Assembly: GCA_963703295.1 (NCBI GenBank)
Contig: OY969810.1
Span: forward strand, 1,232,001 to 1,296,000
Source: Bryobacterales bacterium
GTDB taxonomy: Bacteria; Acidobacteriota; Terriglobia; Bryobacterales; Bryobacteraceae
Direction: 5' to 3'
DNA length: 64,000 nt
Part shown: positions 9,671 through 19,585 of the stretch, one piece after another
Layout: each line of letters opens with the position of its first letter
Position numbering within the stretch: position 1 is the first letter of the stretch
Notes under the pieces: generated by a model
Told to the model about the DNA's origin: nothing
Databases searched by the model: none
The model's input: the letters and a program-made list of their open reading frames with translations, nothing else
Made by a program: the position numbers and the translations under genes

Positions 9671-11883
9671 AGCCTTACGATCCGAGTCTGCTTGAGATCT
9701 TTTCGGCGGAGCAGGCGGAGCACATCCAACGCATCCGTGCGATCACGAATGGGCTGCCTGCCATGCCGCTGGAAGCGCGGGCGGGCGCGCTGGAGGAGAT
9801 CCTGCGCCGTGCGCACACCCTGAAAGGCGCGGCGCGGGCGGTGGGCCTGGAAACGACGGAGCAACTGGCGCATCGGCTGGAGGCGCTTTTCGGGCGCACG
9901 CGAGAGGCGGGCAGTTCGCTGGGAGAGGCGTCGCTGCCGGCCGTGCATCGCGGCCTCGATGCGATGGAGGATGTGCTGGCGGCGGCGATTGCGGATCGCC
10001 CCGAACCGGATTGCTCGGCAGCGCTGTATGGCTTGGGGGAAGGTCCCATTGGGCCGGCGCCTGCCGCGCCTACCGCCAAGGAAGAGCCGGAAACGGCAGC
10101 CGCGCCTGCCGTTCCGGCCCCGGCCACATCGGAGTTCGTGCGGGTAAATGCGACGACCGTAGACGGACTGATACGGGCCTCGTCACAGCTTCTAGGATCG
10201 TTGAGCGCGCAAGCGGTGGGGCAACAACGGGCGGACGATTCGGCGCGGCGGATTGCGCATACGCTGACTGAGTTTGAAAGGCTGCGGCGGCCCTGCAATT
10301 CCTACCTGCGCGCGCATGAAGACGATGTGGCTACGGCGCCGCTCAAAGAGTGCCTTGAGTATGTAGAGCGCGAGTTGCGCGCGCTCTTGGGCGAGGCGCG
10401 ATCTTCGGCGGCAGAGCAGCACCATCGCGGGTGGGAACTGCGGCAGCGGGTTACGGACTTGCACCAGAATGCCATTCAGGTGCGCATGATCCCCGCGGAA
10501 TCGGTATTCGGCGCGTTTGGGGCGATGGCGCGACAGATCGCGCAAGATGAAGGAAAGGAGATTGAGTTTCGCGCGGAAGGGTTAGAGACGCAGGCAGACC
10601 GTCTGGTGCTGCAGGCTCTCAAGGACCCCGTGATGCATCTTCTGCGCAATGCGGTATCGCACGGTATCGAAGCGCCAGAGGGACGCGCGGCGGCGGGGAA
10701 GCCGCTAACGGGCAGCGTGCGGCTGCGGATCGATGGGCGGGGCAACCGATTGAATGTCATTGTAGAAGATGATGGGCGCGGGTTGAACCTGGCGGCGGTG
10801 AGGAATCGAGCGGTTGCGATCGGCGTGCTTGCAGAAAACGAGGCGATGGCGGCCGATCCGCAACAGTTGGCCGGTCTTATTTTCCGGCCGGGCTTTTCGA
10901 CGTCGGAAAGCGTCACAAGCGTTTCCGGCCGCGGGTTCGGTCTGTCGGTGGTGCAAGAGTCGGTCGACCGATTGCAAGGCCAAGTCGACATTCACTCGCG
11001 TCACCCTAGCGGTTTAAGGGTAACGATTGCGGTGGGTCTCTCGATTTCTACGCATCAGTTGCTGCTTTTTGAGAGCGGCGGCTACGTATTTGGCATGCAG
11101 ACCAGGTTCGTGGAACAGCTTGCGCGCGTGCGGCTTTCCGAGATCAAGACGATGAATGGCCGAGATGTTTTGGCGGTGGACGGAAAAACGATCACCTTGG
11201 CGCGCCTATCCGACCTTTTGGGCTTGCCCCCAAGCACGGGACCAGAGAAGGCGGAGGCCGTTATGGACCCTTGGGTTTCAATTGTCACGTTGGTCTTAGG
11301 CGAGCAAACGATCGGTGTGATAGTGGACCGGTTGATGGATGCGCGGGAGTCTGTAATCAAAGATCTGGGACTTCCCAGCCGAATGACAGGAATGACAGCC
11401 GGGGGGATTCCTTTGGAAGATGGACGCGTGGCGTTGCTCTTGAACCCGATAGCCATTTTCGACCGCTTCCGCGGCGCCGTAAGGCGGCCCGCATTGCGTA
11501 AGGCAGCCGAGCAAGAGCGCAAGCGGCGGATTCTTGTGGTGGACGATTCGCTGACGACGCGATCCCTGGAGAGAAGCATTCTGGAGGCGAACGGCTTCGA
11601 GGTCAGCGTGGCGGTGGATGGGATTGAGGCGTTGGAAAAACTGAGCGCGGAAGCGTTTGATCTGATAATTACCGATGTAATGATGCCACGTATGGATGGA
11701 ATGCAACTGCTGGATCAAATTAAGCGACAGAAATCCACGGAGCACATCCCGGTAATTATGGTCACATCGATGGAGAGTAAGCAGGACCAGGAACGCGGAA
11801 TGTCGCTGGGCGCGGATGCCTACATTGTGAAGCGAAAGTTCGATCAGCAGGAGTTATTGCGTACGGTGCGCCAGATTTTATGA
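9667..11883 (+). CDS. cheA: CheA histidine kinase fused to a C-terminal receiver domain (CheA-CheY hybrid)
   Basis: Domains in order: Hpt (RRAHTLKGAARAVG), HATPase (DDGRGL, GRGFGLSVV), a CheW-like regulatory domain, and a REC domain (ILVVDDSLTTR...DLIITDVMMPRMDG...AYIVK). TTG at 9667 overlaps the mcp stop. Confidence 0.9.
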   Translation: MKPYDPSLLEIFSAEQAEHIQRIRAITNGLPAMPLEARAGALEEILRRAHTLKGAARAVGLETTEQLAHRLEALFGRTREAGSSLGEASLPAVHRGLDAMEDVLAAAIADRPEPDCSAALYGLGEGPIGPAPAAPTAKEEPETAAAPAVPAPATSEFVRVNATTVDGLIRASSQLLGSLSAQAVGQQRADDSARRIAHTLTEFERLRRPCNSYLRAHEDDVATAPLKECLEYVERELRALLGEARSSAAEQHHRGWELRQRVTDLHQNAIQVRMIPAESVFGAFGAMARQIAQDEGKEIEFRAEGLETQADRLVLQALKDPVMHLLRNAVSHGIEAPEGRAAAGKPLTGSVRLRIDGRGNRLNVIVEDDGRGLNLAAVRNRAVAIGVLAENEAMAADPQQLAGLIFRPGFSTSESVTSVSGRGFGLSVVQESVDRLQGQVDIHSRHPSGLRVTIAVGLSISTHQLLLFESGGYVFGMQTRFVEQLARVRLSEIKTMNGRDVLAVDGKTITLARLSDLLGLPPSTGPEKAEAVMDPWVSIVTLVLGEQTIGVIVDRLMDARESVIKDLGLPSRMTGMTAGGIPLEDGRVALLLNPIAIFDRFRGAVRRPALRKAAEQERKRRILVVDDSLTTRSLERSILEANGFEVSVAVDGIEALEKLSAEAFDLIITDVMMPRMDGMQLLDQIKRQKSTEHIPVIMVTSMESKQDQERGMSLGADAYIVKRKFDQQELLRTVRQIL

Positions 11884-12923
11884 GGCCGATCCGGGTATTA
11901 ATCGTGGAAGACTCTCCCGTGGTACGGGAGCATCTGCGAAGGATTATTTCTGCGGATTCGCGGCTTCAGGTGGCTGCAATGGCGGCCAGCGGCGAAGAGG
12001 CGCTGGCCGTGATCGACCAGGTTTCCCCGGACATAATTACTATGGATATCCACCTTCCGGGTATTCAAGGTTTAGAAGCCACCCGACGCATCATGTCGTA
12101 CCGTCCCACGCCGATCGTAGTGGTCTCCGGGGTGGGGTCGGAAGAGGTAAGCCTCACGATGCAGGCGTTGAAGGCCGGCGCGCTCTCGGTGGTAGAAAAA
12201 CCGGCCGCCACGACTCACAAGGACTACGAAGGCATGGCAAGCCGCCTATGCATGCAGCTTGCGATCATGAGCGATGTTAAGGTAGTGCGGCAGCGGCCGA
12301 CGCCCTTCCCACGGTTGGTGAACGAACGATTCGCCACAGGGCCGAGCGCATACCGTGTGTTGGGCGTGGCAACTTCGACCGGCGGACCGGGCGCCCTTCT
12401 GGAACTGTTTACCGGCTTCGGTGCGGGATTCCCGTTGCCGGTCGCGGTGGTGCAGCACATGACGCCAAGCTTCATGGAAGGATTTGCTTCCTGGCTGGCC
12501 AGCGTTACACCCATGCCAGTAGAAGTGATGCGTGAGCGGACCAGGCTGACGCCGGGACATGTTTATCTGGCGCCTTGCAACCGGCACTTGGTCGTTGAGG
12601 GAGGCTTCGCAGATCTGGACGATGGTCCGCCGGTTGGAAGCCATCGGCCCGCGGCGGACATGCTGTTCTCAAGTATGGCGAAAACCGTAGGCCCTTCGGG
12701 TATCGGCGTGTTGCTGACGGGCATGGGCGAAGATGGCGCGGCAGGTTTACGCGAGTTGCGCATTGCGGGCGGCTATACCGTGGCGGAGGACGCAACGACG
12801 GCGGTGGTGTATGGGATGCCGGCGGCGGCGGTGCGCCTGGGAGGCGCGAGCGAATCGCTGCCGCTCGGCGAGATCGCACCGCGCATCCGCGAGTTGATCG
12901 CCGCGCGAGTCGAGGCTTATTGA
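11880..12923 (+). CDS. cheB: Protein-glutamate methylesterase CheB (REC + methylesterase)
   Basis: REC domain (IRVLIVEDSPVVRE...DIITMDIHLPGIQG) plus the CheB catalytic domain (GVATSTGGPGAL, VVQHM, LLTGMGEDGA). The start overlaps the cheA stop (ATGA). Confidence 0.92.
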   Translation: MRPIRVLIVEDSPVVREHLRRIISADSRLQVAAMAASGEEALAVIDQVSPDIITMDIHLPGIQGLEATRRIMSYRPTPIVVVSGVGSEEVSLTMQALKAGALSVVEKPAATTHKDYEGMASRLCMQLAIMSDVKVVRQRPTPFPRLVNERFATGPSAYRVLGVATSTGGPGALLELFTGFGAGFPLPVAVVQHMTPSFMEGFASWLASVTPMPVEVMRERTRLTPGHVYLAPCNRHLVVEGGFADLDDGPPVGSHRPAADMLFSSMAKTVGPSGIGVLLTGMGEDGAAGLRELRIAGGYTVAEDATTAVVYGMPAAAVRLGGASESLPLGEIAPRIRELIAARVEAY

Positions 12924-15443
12924 ATGGCGCTGCATCGACGCGTAATGGTGGTGGAGGATTCGCCGACGCAAGCGTGGCGATTGCGGACGCTGTTGGAGGC
13001 GGCGGGCTTAGATGTGGTCACGGCTAGCAGCGCGGAGGCGGCGCTCGAGTCGCTGCACACGTCCAGGCCGGACGCGATTGTACTCGACTATCATCTGCCC
13101 GGCATGAACGGCGACGCGTTCTGTCGCGAGATTAAGCAGAACGTAAACAGCCGCGCCATCCCTGTTCTGATGTTGACGGTGGAAGGCAGCGACATAGCCC
13201 AATTGCGGGGCCTCGAAAGCGGCGCCGACGACTATCTACCCAAATCCGCCGACCCCGATATTCTGCTCATGCGCGTGCGCAATCTGTTGCGGCGAGCCGA
13301 GGGCGCCGAAGAGATAGCCGATCTCAACATGCGGTTCAGCCGGGCGCGCGTACTGGCGATCGACGATAGCCCGACCTATCTCCACTTCCTTAGACAGGAA
13401 CTCGAGGCGGAACGTTATGAGGTGGAAGAAGCGTTAAGCGGCGAAGCGGGAATCGAGCGGCTCCGGACACACGCATTCGATTGTGTTCTGGTGGATTTCG
13501 AGATGCCGGGGATAGACGGCGCGGAAGTGTGCAGACGCATTCTGCAAATGCGCCGGGAACCCGACTCGGCGCTGGTGGTGGTGATGCTCACTGCCCATGA
13601 AGACAAGGAGCATCTGACGCTGGCGCTCGAAAGCGGCGCCGACGACTACATCACCAAATCGGCGGATATCGCGGTTATCAAGGCGCGCATCCGCGCCTTG
13701 CTGCGGCGCAAGTTCTTTATCGAAGAGAACCGGCGTATTCTCGACGAACTCCGCGAGAAGGACCTTCTGGCGGAGGTGGCGCGGTCGGAAAAAGAGGCGG
13801 CGGAACTGCGCGCGACTATGGCCGACAAGCTCTCGTCGGCGAATCGCGAGTTAGAGAATGCCAATCGCAAACTCAAGGAAGCGCTGGATGTGACGCGAGC
13901 GATCACGGCGAATGCGGCCGAAGCTCTGTTGATGGTCGATGAGCGCGGAATTGTGAGCTTCGTCAATCCGGCGGCGGAAGCGATGTTCGGATTCAGCAGC
14001 GAAGAGCTGCTGGGAAAGACTCTTGCGGGCAAGTTGATACAGCCGGAACTTGAAGGCAGGCCGGCGACGATCGACGAGGATCCGCTGGCGCGGTGTCTGC
14101 GAACCGCGGCCACTATCAGGGGCGTCGATGCTGTGTTTGTCGCGAGGAATGGCGCCCGCGTGGATGTGGCGTCTTCCTATGCGCCGATTTTGAACGACGG
14201 TCAAGTGACGGCCGCTGTGCTGGTGCTGCACGATGTTTCGGAGCGCAAGCGCGCCGAGGAACGGCTCCGCGAGGCCCAAAAGCTGGAAAGCATCGGAGTG
14301 CTGGCCGGCGGAATCGCGCACGATTTCAATAATCTACTGACCGGAATTCTGGGCAACGCGAGCTTGGCGAAGGAGCTTTTGGCGCCCGATAGCCGTGTCG
14401 GTCCGATTCTCGACGATGTGGTAACGGCCGGTGAGCGCGCGGCCGATCTGACGCGGCAGATGCTCGCCTATTCGGGTAAGGGACGGTTCGTGGTGGAGCC
14501 GGTCGATTTATCCAAGCTGTCGCGCGAGATGATCAAACTGCTGCAGGCATCGATTCCCAAGCGTGTGACGTTAAAGCTGGAACTGCCGGAAAAGTTGCCT
14601 CTGGTTGAGGCCGATGCGGGACAGATGCAGCAGGTGGTCATGAACCTAGTGCTCAACGCGGCCGAGGCGATTGGGGATCAACAGGGCACGGTATGGGTAC
14701 AGACCAGCGCCCAATGGGTGGACGAGAAATTCCGTTCCGGGGAAGTGGACTGCGCAGACATGGTGATGGGCCAATATGTGCGGCTGCAGGTGCGCGATTC
14801 GGGGTGCGGGATGGATAAGGCCACAAGGGAGCGCATCTTCGACCCGTTCTTTTCGACAAAGTTTGCGGGCCGCGGTTTGGGTCTGGCGGCAGTGGCGGGT
14901 ATTGTGCGTAGCCACTCGGGCATGATCAGTCTGACGACGGCCCCAGGTGAGGGCAGCACTTTCGTAGTGTTGTTCCCGGCAAAGCCAATGGCGAGGGCGG
15001 AGGCCGGTCCGGTTGCCGCGCGCATTGCAGAGAAGAATGAGGAAGGCTCAGAGCTCATCTTAATCATTGACGACGAAGACGTGGTGCGGCGCGTGGCCAC
15101 TTCGGCGCTTACATCCCATGGATATCGCGTTCGGGTGGTCTCCAGTGGACGGGAAGGCATCGAGGTTCTGAGAGAAGAGAAGGGCGCCATTTCCATGGTG
15201 CTGCTCGATCTCAACATGCCCGGCTTAAATGGGCTGGAGACTCTTTATGAACTACGCAAGATCGCGCCGGATCTTGAAGTCGTGGTATCCAGCGGGTACG
15301 GCGAGGAGCAGGCCATGAACTTGTTCTCGGGCCAACAAGTTTCAGGCTTCATCCAGAAGCCGTACACTTCGGCGCGACTTTTGGAGAAAGTGGCGAGTGC
15401 GCTACGCGCCATGCGGCAACGGGCGACGATTACGGGTCTGTAA
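12924..15443 (+). CDS. Hybrid sensor kinase: REC-REC-coiled coil-PAS-HisKA-HATPase-REC
   Basis: Two N-terminal receivers (VMVVEDSPTQ...VLDYHLPGMNG; VLAIDDSPTY...VLVDFEMPGIDG) come first. They are followed by a PAS region, the HisKA H-box (GIAHDFNNLLTGILG), HATPase (DSGCGM, GRGLGLAAV) and a C-terminal receiver (ILIIDDEDVV...VLLDLNMPGLNG). The ATG sits directly after the cheB stop. Confidence 0.9.
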   Translation: MALHRRVMVVEDSPTQAWRLRTLLEAAGLDVVTASSAEAALESLHTSRPDAIVLDYHLPGMNGDAFCREIKQNVNSRAIPVLMLTVEGSDIAQLRGLESGADDYLPKSADPDILLMRVRNLLRRAEGAEEIADLNMRFSRARVLAIDDSPTYLHFLRQELEAERYEVEEALSGEAGIERLRTHAFDCVLVDFEMPGIDGAEVCRRILQMRREPDSALVVVMLTAHEDKEHLTLALESGADDYITKSADIAVIKARIRALLRRKFFIEENRRILDELREKDLLAEVARSEKEAAELRATMADKLSSANRELENANRKLKEALDVTRAITANAAEALLMVDERGIVSFVNPAAEAMFGFSSEELLGKTLAGKLIQPELEGRPATIDEDPLARCLRTAATIRGVDAVFVARNGARVDVASSYAPILNDGQVTAAVLVLHDVSERKRAEERLREAQKLESIGVLAGGIAHDFNNLLTGILGNASLAKELLAPDSRVGPILDDVVTAGERAADLTRQMLAYSGKGRFVVEPVDLSKLSREMIKLLQASIPKRVTLKLELPEKLPLVEADAGQMQQVVMNLVLNAAEAIGDQQGTVWVQTSAQWVDEKFRSGEVDCADMVMGQYVRLQVRDSGCGMDKATRERIFDPFFSTKFAGRGLGLAAVAGIVRSHSGMISLTTAPGEGSTFVVLFPAKPMARAEAGPVAARIAEKNEEGSELILIIDDEDVVRRVATSALTSHGYRVRVVSSGREGIEVLREEKGAISMVLLDLNMPGLNGLETLYELRKIAPDLEVVVSSGYGEEQAMNLFSGQQVSGFIQKPYTSARLLEKVASALRAMRQRATITGL

Positions 15444-15774
15444 CTGTACTGCGCGCGTGGCGACATTGAAAACCGGATCAAGGAACAGTCCAGTCTGTTC
15501 GCGGATCGGGCGAGTGCGGAGGCGATGCGGGCCAACCAACTGCGGATGTATCTCTCGGCAATGGCTTACGTGCTGATGAGCGGGTTGCGTCGGCTGGGCC
15601 TCCATGCGACCGAGTTGGCTACTGCACAAGCAGCCACGATTGGCACACGGCTTTGAAGATCGGCGCGTTGGTGCGAGTGAGCGTGAGACGATCGTGCTGT
15701 CGATGGCGGCAGGCCATCCATGGGCTGGAGCATTCGCGCAGGCGCACGCACGCTTGAGCGCCGCGGGTAGTTGA
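15444..15774 (+). pseudogene. C-terminal remnant of an IS1380-family transposase (5' truncated, two frameshifts)
   Basis: Translation gives LYCARGDIENRIKEQSSLFADRASAEAMRANQLRMYLSAMAYVLMSGLRRLGLHATELATAQAATIGTRL, then after frame changes LKIGALVRVSV and RRIVLSMAAGHPWAGAFAQAHARLSAAGS*. This matches the conserved C-terminus of IS1380 transposases as I recall it. It begins immediately after the kinase stop codon. Confidence 0.6.
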
Positions 15775-16200
15775 GAAACGCGCCTCAACCATACTTGAAA
15801 GTATCGATCTTGGCAAGGGGGTCGACGGTGAGTTTCCGGCCGCGATTCGAACGCAGTGACCCACAGATTCCCTGACGAGGCTTCCAAATAACCCCTTGGC
15901 TAAGAGTGACGGCCAATCTGCAGGTGCTCCGTCCGAACCGGCCGATAGCGCAGACCGCTATTGCTTCCCGGCGCGCGACCGGAACTGATTTTCGGAGAGC
16001 CGGTGGTCCTTTGAACGCGGCTGGATCACGTGCCACGCCGGATTTGGCTGCACGGGACGTTAAATTCTGGCCGCTTTTCATAAGAGTGCGATTCCGATTA
16101 CGAGCCGGCGTCGACAGGGCGGCAAGGGGTGCGGAGGGGCCGATGGGGCGATGTCCCTGAGTACGCGAAACACATCGATGGTTTAAGCCGGTTGCGCCGA

Positions 16201-16638
16201 TTACTCGGGAATCAGAAGTTCCTGGCCGGCGCGGATCGTATTCGGGTCCTGAAGAACGCTCCGGTTGGCGTTGAAGATCTTCATGTATTGATTGGCGTCG
16301 CCGTAATACTCGCGGCTGATTTTGGAAAGGGTATCGCCCGCCCGAACGGTGTAGCGCCGCTGGCCTTGGCCTGACCCGACGGATGCGCCGGCAACCATCG
16401 TGGGAGCCTGTTGGGATGCGCTGATATCGCAGATCAAGTCTGAATAAGAGCTGTCGATGAGCTTGATTTGATCCCATATCTTATTCTTGGCTTCCGCCGA
16501 AGGCGCCACGCCACGGATCAATAGCTGGCTGCCTTGCATGTTCAGATTCTGGAGTTGTACCTGGAGTTGCTGCATCAGGTTCAACACTGGTTGATATTTC
16601 TGCTTCAGTCGGTCGAAAGCCTGCGTCTCTTGCGCCAT
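16201..16638 (-). CDS. BON + LysM domain protein (Kbp/YgaU-like)
   Basis: 145 aa. The N-terminal half is BON-like (LLIRGVAPSAEAKNKIWDQIKLID). The C-terminal LysM domain reads YTVRAGDTLSKISREYYGDANQYMKIFNANRSVLQDPNTIRAGQELLIP. Confidence 0.8.
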   Translation of the reverse strand: MAQETQAFDRLKQKYQPVLNLMQQLQVQLQNLNMQGSQLLIRGVAPSAEAKNKIWDQIKLIDSSYSDLICDISASQQAPTMVAGASVGSGQGQRRYTVRAGDTLSKISREYYGDANQYMKIFNANRSVLQDPNTIRAGQELLIPE

Positions 16639-16806
16639 GTAGTGCTCTCCTTTAGATGGCCGCCGTCTTTCACGGCCTCTTCATCCGAAGACGCGTATTC
16701 CGGGCGCGGGATTCAAAAGTTCGCTGCGAAGATGGAACTCGGGGAGTCGCGGACGCGGCAACTCCCTGAGTTTGGCTGACGACTGTAGCGGTACCAGTTC
16801 GGGCGA

Positions 16807-17886
16807 TTAGCGCTCGCCGAGCGCCACAGAGACCCTGCGGTTGGTTTTGCGACCTTCGGCCGTGTCATTGTCGGCTAACGGGTTCTCTTCGCCAAAACCC
16901 TTGGCGAAGAGCCGGTCGGCGGGGATGCCCATTCCAACGAGATCGGCCTTCACTGCACTGGCGCGTTTCTGAGAGAGCCGCAGATTGGCCGCGGCGCTTC
17001 CGGTGTTGTCGGTATAGCCGTTCACCAGCACACTTGCGGCAGGATCTGACGCGAAAGCCCTCGCCAACTCCTTCAGTTGTGCTTCCGAATCGGGCAGCAA
17101 GGTCGAAGAGCCAGTTTCGAAGTCGAGGTCGACACTCCTGGTGAGGCTTGGTTGCGGAATATCGACGGCGGGTTCGGGGATGGCGCGGTTCGCTGTTCCG
17201 ACCCCCACCGAGGCCGTTGCGACGGATGGTTTATGCCCTTGACGGCCAAGCCACAAGAGAGCCGGAATGAGCGCGAGCAACAGCAGCGCTGGAAGCAGCC
17301 AGCTTCTTGATGGACTCGCAGCGGCCGCTTGCGCCACCGCGGGTGAGCCAACGGTCGCTCTCTCCCGGGGCCAGAGCAAATCGGTTACTCCCTGAGGCAG
17401 GGCGGACCGGATGGCGGGAACTTCGTGCTGGAGCTCATTTTCGAGACCTGTCATGCTCAGCCCTGCATCCCGTACGTGCCTACCCAGGAAGCTGATGACC
17501 AGGGGAGCGGCCATTGCCAACAACGATGTCATTTTGCCAATCGGCATGCCCGTACCGGCTCCCAGCGCGTTTGTCACCAGGCCCGCCGAGCCCCCAAAGA
17601 GGGTCGAGAGGATCCGCTTGCCTAGGGATATAGCAGGAGAATTGGGATCCGCAATCGCGCTGGCAGCGTTCGACCACGACACACCTTCAGTGACTGGAGG
17701 CGCCAATTGCAGTACCTGCCGGAGCAGGTTGGGGTTACTGGACTTGCTCGCCATCCCTCCCAGCAGAGTAGCGATGGCTGATCGCACACCCTCCGACACC
17801 GATTTGTCGGATTCTCCCAACGCGCTAGACATTTCACCCAGGCTGCGCGAGTCAAGTGTGCTAAACAGATCGGTAATTAAAGACAT
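16807..17886 (-). CDS. DUF937 / OmpA-family protein
   Basis: The N-terminus (MSLITDLFSTLDSRSLGEMSSALGESDKSVSEGVRSAIATLLGGMA) is typical of DUF937. A TM segment (WLLPALLLLALIPALLWL) follows, then a C-terminal OmpA-like peptidoglycan-binding domain (VNGYTDNTGSAAANLRLSQKRASAV...NRRVSVAL). Confidence 0.85.
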   Translation of the reverse strand: MSLITDLFSTLDSRSLGEMSSALGESDKSVSEGVRSAIATLLGGMASKSSNPNLLRQVLQLAPPVTEGVSWSNAASAIADPNSPAISLGKRILSTLFGGSAGLVTNALGAGTGMPIGKMTSLLAMAAPLVISFLGRHVRDAGLSMTGLENELQHEVPAIRSALPQGVTDLLWPRERATVGSPAVAQAAAASPSRSWLLPALLLLALIPALLWLGRQGHKPSVATASVGVGTANRAIPEPAVDIPQPSLTRSVDLDFETGSSTLLPDSEAQLKELARAFASDPAASVLVNGYTDNTGSAAANLRLSQKRASAVKADLVGMGIPADRLFAKGFGEENPLADNDTAEGRKTNRRVSVALGER

Positions 17887-19127
17887 ATATTCCCTCCCTT
17901 CTTATTCAGCTATTGACAGCGCTTACTGACCTTCATGATGAAATGGCCGGAGATAGGATAGAGTTTCACTCGTGCAGAGACGTTTTTGAGGCGCTTTCCG
18001 GTGGATCGTACCGGTAGGAGCGTGGCGAGTATCTTCCGTAGAGCCTGCCCGATACCCCGGCCAGCGCATTACAGAAGCAGCCAGTGAGTTTCTGAGAGGC
18101 AGTTATGACATTCAGAAGTGCCTTTGGTTTTGTGCAATCGTATTGGTGGCCATTCCGGTGCTACCTGCTTTGCAAGAACGGGCAGGCAGTGGGTAACACA
18201 GTAACGGCGGAGAAGAGTCACAGCGAAAGCGAAGAGGGCGGAACAAAGTGGCGACGCAGCCGATATTACGGCGAAACGCGGCGCCGCACGGGGTCCATGG
18301 ACGACAGCATTTCACACCGACTATTGGGGCTTGGGGGCGTGTACGAATAAACGAACCCGTCACGTGCGCCGGAGTAATTACGGCCGAAATTGAGAAAAGC
18401 AGGGGAGCCAAAGCTCTGCGTCAAGCGGGAGCCCCAATGCCATTCGCGGGGGCGCAGTCATCCGACCGATGCGGTGGTACTGGAGCTGATGTGGCCCTCG
18501 ATACCCGTTTTCGACGCCATTCTTTTGCTGTGTTCGCAAGATCGATTATCGGAAGCACTGCTGCGGAGCCGCAGACTTTACCCCGACTGTCCTCGGCTAC
18601 AGTCTCACTACGGTCCTTTGTGCAACGTACGGACCGCCCAATGGAGATACTCTGAGGAGGGATGCCAACACTCAACTGGTCATTGGGTGCACTAGCTGCC
18701 GTTAAGAGCAAGAGCCAACGGGAGGCGGTGACACGCCTGTTTGAGGCGTACTTTCGGGTGGTCGGAAAAGAGAACTATGGGGCGCTCACCGGCGCAATGC
18801 TCCATCTCGACCTACCAACAGACAATAAAAGTCGGTATCACCTCCGCGCGAAGTTCACGAGGAATACCGGATGGATTGTGCAGGCGGAACTGAAACACGA
18901 GCACCGGAAAGTTCTTTTCAAACTATCGAGCTTCTCTCCTTAACGCTCCGTCTCTCAAAATAGCTAACCGCCCAGCCCTGTTTCCGATTGACACATCCGC
19001 ATCTTGAAGCTCGGCGATAAAAGGGGTCCGTTGTACGTCTCAAAGGGTCCTTTGCGAAGCAAGCTGGCCGTCCGCGGAACTTTGCCGTATGCTTGCAAAT
19101 AGGGTGCTGGCGCGCCATGGAGGACGT

Positions 19128-19508
19128 ATGGCAAACACACAAGCATTAATGGCTCAGGCCTACTCGGCCTTCAACCGACGGGATATCGATGGAGTGCTTG
19201 CGCTGATGAGTGAAGACGTCGATTGGCCCAGAGCTTCGGAGGGAGGTCGAGCAATCGGGAAAGAAGAGATTCGTGCGTACTGGATTCGGCAATGGGCAGA
19301 GTTTAATCCGATCGTGGAACCGATTGAAGTGACAGACCGTGAGGCCGGCAGAACTGATGTCAAGGTTCACCAACTCGTCAAGAATCGGAACGGCGAGATC
19401 ATTTCAGATCAAACGCTGTTACATGTTTTTACCATCGCAAACGGGCTTATTGAACGCATGGATATCGGCGATAGCAAATCTGCTTTTGGATATGATCCCG
19501 CAAGCTAA
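19128..19508 (+). CDS. NTF2/SnoaL-like domain protein
   Basis: ATG at 19128 is preceded by GGAGGA. The sequence MANTQALMAQAYSAFNRRDIDGVLALMSEDVDW... is typical of SnoaL-like folds. Confidence 0.7.
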   Translation: MANTQALMAQAYSAFNRRDIDGVLALMSEDVDWPRASEGGRAIGKEEIRAYWIRQWAEFNPIVEPIEVTDREAGRTDVKVHQLVKNRNGEIISDQTLLHVFTIANGLIERMDIGDSKSAFGYDPAS

Positions 19509-19585
19509 CTTGGCCCTTCTGTCTCTTAAGGTTCCTTTGTGAAACTGCGCCTATCGGACACTAATCGAAGGAGGAGCATCTGATC

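Noticed and set aside
15785-16477. 230-aa minus-strand ORF spanning the region between the IS1380 remnant and the LysM gene.
   Set aside because: It overlaps the LysM gene out of frame and has an Arg/Pro-rich composition. Its 3' part (..GRKLTVDPLAKIDTFKYG*) could be a further gene fragment, but I cannot assign it.
18662-18943. 93-aa ORF preceded by GAGGAGG.
   Set aside because: The Shine-Dalgarno-to-ATG spacing is only one to two nt, no family is recognised, and the region is otherwise non-coding. Left uncalled.
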